Below the pieces are notes generated by a model. The model was not told the DNA's origin and did no database searches. It was given only the letters and a program-made list of their open reading frames with translations. A stretch of DNA of 64,000 nt from Takakia lepidozioides (lineage: Eukaryota; Plantae; Bryophyta), in the NCBI GenBank assembly GCA_030704615.1, contig CM060731.1:11904001-11968000 (forward strand). Reading direction: 5' to 3'. Position numbers and translations under genes: made by a program. Shown piece after piece: positions 1-11,931 of the stretch (positions are counted from its first letter, which is position 1; every line of letters starts with the position of its first letter).

Positions 1-1081
1 CTCCTCACCCCGTGGCTCAGGAACTCGTGCTGCTCCTCGAGTCACTGTTGCAGCTAACTCCACTTGCATTAGTGGTAGTCCTGCCCCGCACATAATGGTA
101 GTGGTAGTGCTGCCCGACACTAGTGGTAGTGGTGCCCCACCCACAGTGGTAGTGGTAGTGGCACTCCTCACCATCGACATCATGCTCTAGGGTTGGATCG
201 GCGATCAAGCCCGAATCAACCACCTATAAAATCAAGCGCCTACACAAAACTAGCATGACGCACAATCAAACATGCAGGTGTGGAGGGGATCCAAACACAA
301 GAATAACAACTCCCCCACACCAAAATCAACTCCACAGTGTCGCTCCTGAATGGACACCCCAGCCCAAGACTGACTCTTGCCTCCACCTACGGAAAGGTCT
401 CGGCCTACAGAGAATGTGGGAAGCTATGAGAAAGAGAAACTAAAGCAATGCCTATCCCCAGCACGCTCTCATCCCAACACCCTCTTTTCTCCTCTCTTCT
501 CTCACCTGCATGACCATGTGTAGACACTCCTCAAACCGCCCTCCAGGAGCTCATGAAACTTGGCCTCCAAGGCCCCATGCAAGCCTCCACAGGGTCCGCC
601 AGTGCCTCCTTACGTCCACCAACCATTCCTCAGAATGGAACCACCTCAGGAAACCACGCCATTCACTGAAGGTTCAAAAATGGAGCAAATAGAGGTACAT
701 ATAGGCCCCAACAACATTCTGTTCAAAGGAATTACCTGCAGGCTGGTCTCCCCCATAGTTAAGAATTGGGCTGAAAACCCAAAAAGATTACCTGCAGGGA
801 AGTAATCTCCTTTGTTAAAATGCAACAGGGAGGCAATTCCGACTTTTCTGCCGGATCAGCTAGCTCAAAACCGTTGTTCTTCAGAGCCCAGCCTCCCCAT
901 CAAGGTCCCACGAAACGAGTGATTTTTTTTTTTTTTTTTTTTTATTATTTTTTTTTTTTTTCACTCTGACTGTTCGCGGCCTTCCGTGGCTCCAACCGCT
1001 ATGACTCCTCACGGCCCGCCCTAGGCGCTTGTTGGCCACGGGCTGCCCCGTGATACCTCGTGGTACCACGCCCACGAGCCT

Positions 1082-4000
1082 TCACGGCCCGCCATCCCCA
1101 CGAAAGTTTCTGATCAAGGATTTGATTTTTCTGATAATAATGGACCCAGGAGACCACCCCCCTTGAACCATCCATTTTAAGGAAGGAGGCGACAAGGCAC
1201 TGGTTCTTGGGGTGGCAACTGCCAAATGATGTCTCACAATTCTGCTCCAAGGACTAGGCATATAAGTAAAAACTCGGGGAACCCACTTTGCTAACAGAGC
1301 CACGATCTGGGATTGAGGGTCCAAGATCCCCAGCCCACCGTGTTTCTTTTTTTGGCAGAGATGGGCCCAACTTACCAGGGTCCTCTTATTGGTAGAGGCA
1401 GTGGATGCGCCCTCTCTTTCAGTCACAGCCTACCACCTTCGATGAGGTTATCAAACAACTAGTGTTTGGGAACTACAACCGTGATTCTGAAAGCTTGGTC
1501 CGCTGCGATAAAAAATGGTCATTTTGGGAAGTGGCTGGTCTGTCCCACATGTTGCATTTTTGGACCAGAATGCTGGGGCAGCCATTTCCACTGACTCAAC
1601 AGCAGTTGGTTTCTCTCGAAGGCGTGTGGCAGCCAATTGGGACTTGATCATGGGAAACCTTCCCACTTCTTGGACATATCTTCTTTCCAGTCATAGTCCC
1701 AGATGCTTCCCCGTATGGTTGGGCTTCTCGTCGGGCACGGAGCTCAAAGCATTTCATGCTTCCTCCACAGATGATGAAAACATTCTGGGTATTTCATTCA
1801 ATGTGAGAAGTAATGGTGTTCTTCATAGCCCCCAACCTGGTGTGATTCTTGCCAGCACCCACTGTTATGAGATCAGAGTCTGCTGCTCTATCACTGGTAA
1901 ATCAAACCCTTATCCTCCTCTGGAAATTTCAACCATTGCTGCAACTCTTTTTTTTGGTTCCTCTCAGCTTCAGTGAGCTTGCTGCAGTACGACCCTGGTG
2001 AATGGGGTTGGATGAACAAACATCACGATCAATTCTTCTCATATTCGGTTAAGCTTGGCTATTCATTGCTTGTGCCCAAGCAAACTGTTGACATGAAGTG
2101 GTCTACAAAGTGGGAACATGTGATACCGCAGCCTATCCTTTGGAAAGTTGTCTAGGATGATGTCTGGAGGAAACATAGATTTTCTAAAATCTCTTTCTTC
2201 CTTTGAAAGATTGCTAACAGAATTGTACCGGTGGGCCATTTCATTTCCGACCCCCCCTGGCACTGCCTGTGCTACCTATAATCTCAATGTTTCAGAGGAT
2301 GTGGAACACTCAGGCTTTGTTTCATGCCACTTCGCCGCTGTAGTCTGGTCCCGTGCTGCTGTGCTCTAGGCTGCTTGGGATAGTAACCTAACGTTCCCTT
2401 TGTCAGCCCTGTTACTTAACATTAAGGAAGGGAGAGTCTTTTGCTCATGCCCGGTTTGGGAATCCCTTAGAGGCATTGTTCTATGGAGGGTGAGTGCAGG
2501 CTAAGGTGGCTCAGTTTGGACGTCACACTGCAGTTTTTCAGTTAATGCTCTTCATATTATCTGTAACATTGTGCAAATAGGTTTATTTTTGTCATAAATG
2601 AGATTGAATGTTGCTAGCCATCTACCATATCTACATGTTGGTATAATTATTTTGCAAGTTAAATGATTTTTCACGGAGCTATGGACTTTTTAAGGACTTC
2701 ACTCCGGGCTGTCACATTCCCAGTTTGTCCAATTGGACTCTCAAACACTAACTTGCACTTAGCCATTTTATACATGGATTCCGAATATAGATTACCGTTG
2801 AGGGAATAAGAGACATGGATGAATTTGTAGACAATTTCATTCTTTTGTTAATGTGCTATGGAAAATTTCAAAAGTCCATGGTGTTAAAAAAAATTCATAT
2901 TTGGATAGAACTCTTCAATGACAATATAAAAGTTGTCATTCTCTGCAAGTTCTTATAACTAGATGGACAAATGTCCTATAGAATTGGGGACCTACAAATT
3001 AGATATTTTTTAAAATTATGAAATAATATTTCTAATAAAAAATATCTCAAATATTTAGGATGGACCCCTTTATTAAAAATGTTAGGCATATCATTATCTA
3101 TCAACGTAAAAATATATTTGAACAAAAACATAAATTAATTTTTTGCCCATGGACTTTCGTATAGGTTAGATCCGTTTTTGAGCCACCTGATCCTGCACTC
3201 ACCCTGGAACATTTGGAAAACAAGATGTTCTGTTCTTTTCCAAAACTCTATACCCTGTTTGCAGAAAACACTATGCTTAGATCACTCAGACTTATTGTCT
3301 GAAGCTCGGAAAGCTTGGGTTGTTTTGATGGCAACTATTTCCAAATGTAATGTCGGGAGAAAGGCCCAGCTCCTCACATCTTTCGACAAATCATGGGGGA
3401 AATCTGGGGTCTTCTGCTACAGATATTCAAAAGACCGAATTGAATGGTTCGAAGCTCTTCCTCCCTGCTGGAAGCTCCGTTAGTGCCAGGAGCTCACTAC
3501 TAGATGCTGAAGAAGGTGAGGTAGACTGGAGGCACAAACGCAGCCTCAGGAAAGGCAAGTCAAAGGCGCAACTGTCCTTTGAAGCTCTAAAAAGGAAGAG
3601 CACTAGCTCTTAGCATAATTGTTTCTTCGTTGCTTTTTGCTCTGTGTTGTTTCCTTGCAGGTTGCTTGATCATCGCTTTGGCATTCGGATTCTGGTGCAT
3701 GCCCTCGTTCTGCCATGTGTAGGGCCCCCTGTCACTCTTTAAGATTGGTTTCACTCGGACCTTAGCAGATTGTTCTACAGCCCTTTGGTGCATAGCTAGA
3801 ATTTGGTTCTGTTGTTTAAGTGGTGTTTGTGCCTTCTGTTGGGCTGACACTTTGCACAGATCCCTGGCTTTTGTTCCTTTGTTGGCTCAGAGTTTAGAAG
3901 ATTGTTGGGGTTTCTTCCCTCTAGCTCTCCTTGCTGCTTTACAAGCAACATCTAGTTCTAGGTGGCAGTTTTTAGGTTCTTCCCTGTTGCATGTCTTGTT

Positions 4001-4152
4001 TCATTTAGCTCTAGCTCTTCTCCCCCTTATCTTGGACTTGAGGCTCTGAGTGGTAGCTCTATTCTTTGCCTTATGGTTTTTATAAGGTTATTTTTTCCTT
4101 ACCTAATAAAATTTTCAGGGCTACAACCCCCCTGTTCATTTAAAAAAAAAAA
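1082..4152 (+). mobile_element. Degenerate 5'-truncated L1-clade LINE (C-terminal ORF2, 3'UTR, poly-A) with an inverted 5' segment
   Basis: Minus-strand 1082-1395 encodes LVSWAHLCQKKKHGGLGI (plant L1 post-RT motif). Plus-strand 1405-3483 continues with zf-RVT-like CATYNLNVSEDVEH..C and GIVLW/NIWKTR, with frameshifts. AATAAA at about 4104 and an A-tract at 4142-4152. Confidence 0.8.
2488..3204. mobile_element. AT-rich non-autonomous DNA transposon (MITE) nested in the L1
   Basis: 26-bp imperfect TIRs GGGTGAGTGCAGGCTAAGGTGGCTCA / TGAGCCACCTGATCCTGCACTCACCC. TGGA is duplicated at 2484-2487 and 3205-3208. Excision restores the L1 frame (W-N-I-W-K). Confidence 0.85.
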
Positions 4153-4612
4153 TAGTGATAATTCTTCATGAGTCACCCACAGAATGCACAAAAAGAAAAA
4201 GAAGAAGAAAAGCATCATCATCCAAACTCTTTGTCTTCATTGCTGAAGTATCAGGTTATGTCAATTGTGCTGTTTTTACCTTTTTACTGTTCTTCAGAGT
4301 GTATGTAGCGGCCACAAAAAGAAAGTGTGAAAACTAAAGGTGGGGATGTCCATCCGAGTGGGCAGTGCATAAAGCACTTGCGTCTGTGTGAGAGGGAAGT
4401 GGAATTGTGCACTGTCATGGATGCCCAGCAGTCTGATGCACGCCCAGTTTCTGGTTTCTAGTTGCAATCTGGGCAACAAAGGTTGTAGGCTGACAGGGAC
4501 ATTCCAAGCTCATGTTGCATTTCCATCATAAGAGGAGACGCCGAGTCTCAATAGTCGGGCCTCCCTAGCATATTGCTCATACGTTAGGGCAAGGAGGACA
4601 CGCATACCAGCT

Positions 4613-5909
4613 ATGGCACAGCTCCCGGCGTGTTCAACAGGTCTTAATAATGGCCAGCGGGGAGTACCCAGGGGCAAGGAGAAGGGGTTACCGAAGAGCG
4701 GGGAGAGAGGGAAGAAAGTTGTGGAGGCAATGACGCTCGAGAATTTTGTCAGCAAGATGATGCCTTTGATTGACCTTGAGAAGGTGTTGTTTTGCTGCCC
4801 ATGGGAGAAAACATGCCTGTGATCGGGTCGCATCACTTCCCGTGTTTGCAACATGTCGGTGAATTGCTTGGGTTTCCGTCTTTACTGCCAAGATTCACCA
4901 GTTGGGATTCATATCCCATGTGCCTTAGATTTAGAATTTGGTAAAAGTCGAACAGTTGAACCTGTGACCCTGTGTAAGGTATGACTCTCTATGAAGTGTC
5001 ATGTGATGTTGGGGCATGGCTGTGGATATGATCAATGGAGGTTTCCCTTAGCCGCTTCTCTCAAGTCAAACCAACCCTCTACTTCCGTGCCTCGCCTCCA
5101 TGCGGGTTCCTATGAGGGTTCCTATGAGGGACATTGTGTCCACAAAGTTCTCCTAGAATTTTTTCCATTGCAATAGGTCGCGATATACAAACATGGTAGT
5201 TCTGGTCTCGTTTAATGAGCACCCATCGCATGTGTGTAAGAACGTTTCTGGCGTCTCTTGCCAAAGACAGGAGGCGGAGATAGCTGCGTCCGTGGAGTCG
5301 TTGGCGGTATTGAAGCCAGAGGTCTCTCAGAAGCGGGGCTCAATGCTCCTCAATCTCAAGTGCTCTGATGTTCAGGTCTGTTATCAATTAATTGAGAATC
5401 TACAAACATGTGATGAGGGAAGGTTCAGTTTCCATTGCTGATTTGTTTCGGATTTTGTTTTGTGCTTGTGTTGACATTTTCTGTTGCCTTATAACCATAA
5501 ACCCGGAGCCAGTTCGGGAGGAACAAGAGGGAACAGACTACCTAGCTCACTCCAGTAGGGGGACTTACCTTGATATAAACAATTAGTTCGGGCTTTCCAG
5601 ATTTCCTCTAGAAAGCCCTTCACACAACCATCAATCTGCTGTGTGTGGCTGCCCAGCAGCTAGATCCCAATAGGCACAAGGCTTTAGGCTCAGCCTTGTG
5701 ATTTTGAAAGTTGGTGAGCAGAGGTGCAGGACCATGTTCTTGAGGGTTGCTCTGTGATGAGAAACCCCAGACACTGTATTAGAAAATGGATATTATGTCC
5801 AGGCCGCCCGCACCTAGGGCATGGACAATCTCCCTTTCCTTTGTGTGTTGTTTGTGCAAGGTAGATTCCCTATCCCTAGTTTAAATTTCAGTCTAATGCC
5901 AAGGGTAGG

Positions 5910-5989
<80 letters not shown>

Positions 5990-8900
5990 GCATGTCTCTA
6001 AGAGGGGATATGTTATAGACAGGGCTCTTGGGAAAGACGCTGCTGGAGCTGCAGCCAAATCGCAGTGATCTGCTTCCCCCACATAAGGTGCACACATTGA
6101 CCTTTCGCATCATGTGGGATTTCGCTGTACAAACAGCTTAGAGAATCTGTGCATGCTCGAACATTTCTTAAAGACTGTGTTGACCTATAATGGTTTGTGC
6201 AAAATGGAGTGAAAGTGACTTTGCAGGAATTGGCTATGTGTGCAGCTGACGCCGCATGATGTGGTGAATCTAAAGTTGAACAAGGCTGATTCTGGCACTT
6301 CTCCTCTTGGGCAAGGAATTGTCTACCGTGTGAAGGTTTGGCACTTGTTTACAATGTCTTACCACAGAAGATTTCTTGGAGTTTATTAATACCATTTGAA
6401 GGACTTGGTGTTAGCAGAACTGACTTTTCTTTGTGTTTTTGTTATTGCAAATAGCCAACTGTTCGACAACAGATATTACAGTACATGCACAAATCCTTGG
6501 TTCAACTGATATGTATTGGTGGATCCAAGCTCCTTCAACTTCCTGTCAATGTATAAGAACAGGCAGGCTGCATCTTCTACTCCAAATGGAAATCACACAA
6601 CATCTTGTGAGGATACTGAAGCTTCAGTGGAATGGCTGGCAGGACAATTCTATCACAATCGTAGTTGAGGATGTACCGGAGGATGGCTTGGATTCTCCTC
6701 TTCGACTCGAGAAGTTAGCTAATGAGGTGAGATTCACACATAATTCTTGGTTTTTGGAAAGGTTTTTGTTTGGTTGGAACTCTTGTGCATCTCATTATCC
6801 CTGTGTCCCCCTCTGTAAATCTGCGTGTGCACATTCTGTGCATTGATCACTAACTTCAAAAGCATCAGGTAGTCTCACACCATATGTGTCACTTGTGGGT
6901 ATCTGTGACTAGGTGACGTACAGAAGACTGAAGGACACCTTGATAGAGCTAAGCAAGGGTGTGCAGAAGGGTCCAGCAGCCGATTTGGTCCCTGTGTTGT
7001 TTGGAGCCAAAGCACCCTCATTCTCTAAGAAGCCTATAGTGTTCAAGCCCTTCAATACTGGTCTCGATCACTCCCAGGTCAGTCCAGTTTCACTGTTTGA
7101 TGGAACCTCTTCTTTTTCTTTTGAGAATCTCTGTTTTCGGTAGCATGTGCCAGCTTTCTGCTGTCTGACTTGTTTTTTGGTCCCAAAGAAGTTCACTCCT
7201 GCTTATTTACTGCTTGAAATTTAGAAAATGGATTTCCATGTATCCTGAATTCTGTTAACGTAAGTTCACTTCTGAATCAGGCAGGGCCTTCCATAAAGTG
7301 GATTGCTGATTTGTCACTTTCTGTTTCATGTACATCCTGTGTAGTTGACCAAGCAAATGTGTTATGATTGTCAGAGCAGAGGGAAGCTGTGTCAAGAGCC
7401 TTGGGTTCAAGCAATCTGATGTTGTTGCATGGCCCACCTGGGACCGGTAAGACGACAGCCATGGTAGAAATCATTCTACAAGAGGTTAAAAGGGGTGCCA
7501 AAGTTTTGGCCTGTGCGGCTTCAAACATTGCTGTGGATAACATTGTGGAGCGCCTTGCTTGCCAGAGGTAAGAATCACCATATATATCTAAAAACATGTA
7601 GCCTGTTCTAGTGCAGTACGTTCCACAGCTCGTCAATGGGTTGTCCTGGCTTGCCTGGGTTAGATATGCTAAATTGAGAGTGTTGCTAATTTTCAACTGA
7701 CAAAAGCATGTCTTACCCAGTTAGGAACCCATACAGTGGGATGATCATGCAGGATAAAGTTGGTACGGTTGGGCCACCCAGCACGGCTTCTGCCTCAAGT
7801 TCTGGACTCTGCTCTTGATGCTCAGGTCTGCATCTGAATGAATATAAGTGTAGGTATCGAGTTCATTTTGTGACTGCTGCTTCAGTGAACTGCTCAAGGC
7901 CAGGGTTTTTTCTATTTCCGCACAACTCACTAGTTCTAGTTTTCTCCTCAGCAGATATTAAAGTACTAAGTTGGACTAGTTTGTTAAATGAGAGGCCATT
8001 CATGCACCATAGGCACGTATAGGTTACACACATTTTCCAACTTACAGAGCAAACACTTGTTATGTGGCTCTTAACTTGTCCTTCTTTTGCCTTCATTAGC
8101 ACTGGAAATGTTTCTGTGATGAACAGCCATCAGATTGGCTAAGTGTTGAGTCCTTTGGCATTTTCAGGTGATGAAGGCTGATAACAGTGCCCTGGCCAAT
8201 GATGTTCGTAAGGAGATGAAGGTCAGCAACTATGCTTTTATAAATTTTCCTGGAACAGCTTACAGATCATTATGATTTGATGATTTTAGAGTCTTTCTTT
8301 TCGGAATTCTTATTGCCCTTACTGTTCATCTTCACCTACATGGGCAGTCAAGGTGTTTTGCACATCTCAGAGTTTGAGAGCCAAGTCTTGGTTGCAGGGA
8401 CCCCCAAATCTACCACCTATGGCCACGAACTCAAGAGGCCTCCTGGATTCCCTATAGACAGGCATCAGTGATGAGCACACTGGCAGTGACTAGTGGCTGT
8501 GGTCATGAAAGCTCTCGAGTGAGTTGAGATTGTTCCAGAGAATAACTTGGTGTTTGTAATGGTGTGTATGAAAGGTACTAAACAGCAAGCTCTTGAAGGC
8601 CAAGGACCGCCGTGCCCGGGGAGATATAAGGAGGGAGTTGCGGTCTCTGGGCAAGGAAGAGCGTCAAAGGCAGCAGCAAGCAGTGGCTGATGTTGTGAAG
8701 GACTCCAGTGTCATTTTAACCACTCTCACAGGGGCTCTCTCTCGCCAGCTCCGGGATACGACTTTTGATGTTGTAATCATTGATGAAGCAGCTCAAGCTT
8801 TGGAGGTGGCCTGCTGGATTGCCCTCTTGAAGGTACTTCTTATTAATAGGCTCAGTGCTGATGTATTTCTAGTTGAGGTCTATGATGGCATTGTGGGAAA

Positions 8901-11115
8901 GTTGTATGTCATGGAATATTTCTGTTCCATAGCCATGGATAGGTATGCATAAAGGATTAGCAAGTTCCAGTCTTATGTGGAAAGGCTTCCCCTGAGGAAG
9001 TTGAGCAGTTCTAAAGGGCTGGACTTGGCAGGGTCGGCGATGTATCTTGGCAGGGGACCATTTGCAGCTGTCCCCAACTGTTCTGAGCAAAGAGGCTGAG
9101 AAAAAGGGATTGGGTCGAACTCTCTTTGAGCGCCTGGCGGCTCTCTATGGCGATGATGCTACATCCATGCTTACTGTGCAATACCGCATGCATCAGCTCA
9201 TCATGGAGTGGTCATCCCATGAGCTCTACCATGATAAGGTAGCTAATATCTTTGTGTTGCCTCCTTTTCTTCATAGATCTGTTCCAGGGTACTTCTCTGT
9301 GTGGATATTTGAAAATTCTTCAGTGTTCTGGTAGATAGAGCAAGGCAAATGAGAGTTATTCTTCATACTGTCGCCATGCATGTCTAACCTCTAATGTGGA
9401 CTAAAATGTTCTGGACATTTACGGCAGTGTCCTTGTACTCAGTAGTCCGAGACATAACAGCACAACAGTAGATTTGTATGGTCAGCTGCTACAACCCATG
9501 TACATCTTTTCAGTCATCCATTGAGAGTGTTCTTTCAAATGGACTCACCAGTGAATGCCTGGGCACATTCCCCATCACAGCCCTTGGGGGAAGTACCCAT
9601 CATAGTCCTCGGTGGAAAATACCTTCGTGAAGAGGATCTTCTGAATGTTGATATCATTCATGTTGCAATTAACTTTTGCAGATTGAAGCCCACTCGAGTG
9701 TAGCCTCACATAGCCTCTGTGATTTGGAAGGGGTGACAAAGTCAAGTGCAACAGAACCAACACTTATTCTTATTGACATTGATGGGTATGGTCTTATCCA
9801 CTCTCGTATCATCTAGTGACTTCATGGTAGTATGCTTAGAAGTCCAGGTGTTTCTGTCCTCAGATGGAAGAGGCAAGACACATGCAGAGTATGACATGTT
9901 CACTTGTCATGATGTCTTCATGCCAATGCACTTTCTATTTGCTCCCAACCCGGCATATCCTTCCCCAAGGAAGCTTGCCGATCTGAAACTCCTGCAATTG
10001 CTCATTGTCTCAAAATTTGATGTGTTGCGGTGAAAACATGTCCTATTCTGCTGGGGCACAGGTGTGATATGGAGGAAACAAAGGATGAGGCTGATAGTTC
10101 TATGAACGAGGGGGAAGCTCGTGTTGCTATAGCGCATGCAAAGAAGCTGCTAGATGGTGGTGTGAAGGCTTGTGACATTGGCATTATCACACCCTACTCA
10201 GCACAGGTCTCCCAACTTTCTGTTACAGTGTCTAACGTAGTGATTGCGGCCGCAAACTTTTGAATGGGGAAATAGAAGGAGTAATTTTTGGCTTCAAATT
10301 ATCATAACCAAGGTCTTGGCTTGCTCCCTTAGAGCTTCTGAGTTCAGCAAGGTAAATAACGGTCCCTCTTTTTTGGCTTGATGTGCAATATAATGTGTAG
10401 TGTGATGGTGATAGCTGCTGAAGCAGCTTCAGAAACCAAATTAAAATGCAGATGCATACAACTATCTATCATGTTCATCAAATCACTGCATCGATACCTT
10501 CAGTGCAGTGGGACTCCCACCTGGGAACTGAGGAGGGACTGGGTGTGTCACCAGGTGGGGTTGTTGAAGTCAATGAGAGCAGATGACAAGGGACTAGCAG
10601 AGCTGGAGATCAGTACTGTGGATGGATTTCAAGGGCGCGAGAAAGAGGCTATCATCATTTCGATGGTTCGATCTAATGAGAAGCATGAGGTATGCATATC
10701 CTCACTGGATGGCATGCAAGCACCCCAGAGAATGTGCAGGAAAGGTTTTGACAACTTGCGATAATCATTGGTAGCAATCTGCATCTTGCAGGAGCTTTAC
10801 GGCTTGCACAATTGTGCTTGCAAATAGCTTTTAGTAGACCCTAGTCCAGGATATTGGTGGTATTCACCAGATTGCGAATGCTGTGAATATCCATGAGTTG
10901 CTGGAGTGAAAATATCCAAGAGTGTTTTGGTGGTCGTGCAGGTGGGCTTTTTAAGTGACAACCGGCGCATGAATGTAGCTGTGACGCGTGCACGCAGGCA
11001 ATGCTGTGTTGTGTGCAATACAGAAACTGTCGGGAAAGACAGGTTCCTCAAGCGATTGGTAGATCACTTCGAAGCAAATGGCGAGTACCTAAGCGCCATG
11101 GAGTATGTGAGCTAA
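4613..11115 (+). CDS. IGHMBP2: SF1 (Upf1-like) helicase SMUBP-2/IGHMBP2 homolog, 15 exons (approx. 4613-4783, 5271-5375, 6019-6087, 6246-6335, 6643-6726, 6913-7077, 7380-7567, 7753-7825, 8168-8221, 8575-8832, 9032-9238, 9682-9785, 10062-10206, 10555-10689, 10942-11115)
   Basis: Walker [41 protein letters not shown] and [10 protein letters not shown] motifs joined in frame by GT-AG introns. Confidence 0.93.
5470..5912 (-). mobile_element. Diverged 3' fragment of LINE family A in helicase intron 2
   Basis: Colinear with 45830-46290 (e.g. ttccagatttcctctagaaagcccttcacaca, tttaaatttcagtcta). Abuts a (GA)n tract. Confidence 0.8.
5913..5985. repeat. (GA)n microsatellite, about 36 units
   Basis: Seen directly. 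Ends about 33 nt upstream of the exon-3 acceptor. Confidence 0.97.
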
Positions 11116-11877
11116 CAAAGGCTTATATGACTTAACTAACCAGCCATGGACACTCGTCCAAGTTCGAGGCCAATGCACATGCCTGTGTGTATTTATACGA
11201 AGTACTTAGCTGAACTGGGTTATTAGGTGAATGTTGAACGTGAATGTCATTTCCATGGGTTCTGTTTTCCTTTTTCTCAAGTTTGATCTACTGTCTCTTG
11301 TCTTGAAACATTCACCTCTGATTTGCAGTTGATGATGGTCTGGAAGCAACTTACAGAGGTGCTCAATCATGTTCATTGGTTATTTCAAATTTCCAGTGTG
11401 TACATAGTTGAAGTGGATGGCCAACTAATTTCAGTCTTTACAGAATTCAGAGTGCCTGACAGTTTTTTTGTTTTTTTGTTTTTTTTCTTAACTTTTTAAC
11501 TTTGACCACATTTTCTCCATTGACTTGCATGTCTCCAGAAAGTCTCTCTCTACAAGAGAGCCAACAAACCTTTAAAAAAAAAAAAAAAAAAAAAACGTTC
11601 TTAAATTTAAATTCTTAGAGAAGGCCCTGGAGAAATTTATTAACAAATACTGAGGATGGTCAAGTTTGGATTACGACGACATGTGACAGCATATATCCTC
11701 CATAACATCTTTTTTTTTTTTTCCCATTTGAAATGACAGTATCCCGACAATAGACGTTCTACATGATATAGTGCAAGTGAATCCATGTTTTGGTTTTTTT
11801 TCACGATTTTTGTTTTTTTATCTTATGTACTTTTATGTAGGCCATATCTTCAACTTTTTGGTCCACTCTTCGTTGCA

Positions 11878-11913
11878 ACTGCCCCCTTGCCCTAAAGGCA
11901 AAGGGCCGTGACA
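11878..11913 (-). mobile_element. Short LTR-terminus fragment of the same family as 13775-14509
   Basis: Reverse complement tgtcacggccctttgcctttagggcaagggggc matches the LTR start tgtcgcggcccttcgccttgagggcagggggt. Confidence 0.6.
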
Positions 11914-11931
11914 ATAGCCATGCTGTGAGTG

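Noticed and set aside
1-1081. LTR retrotransposon end or gag fragment
   Set aside because: It looks repeat-like (GTGGTAGT repeats, poly-T, GC-rich direct repeats), but no PBS, LTR termini or protein motif could be identified.
5814-6113. ORFs with RE/SL repeats
   Set aside because: Translations of the (GA)n microsatellite.
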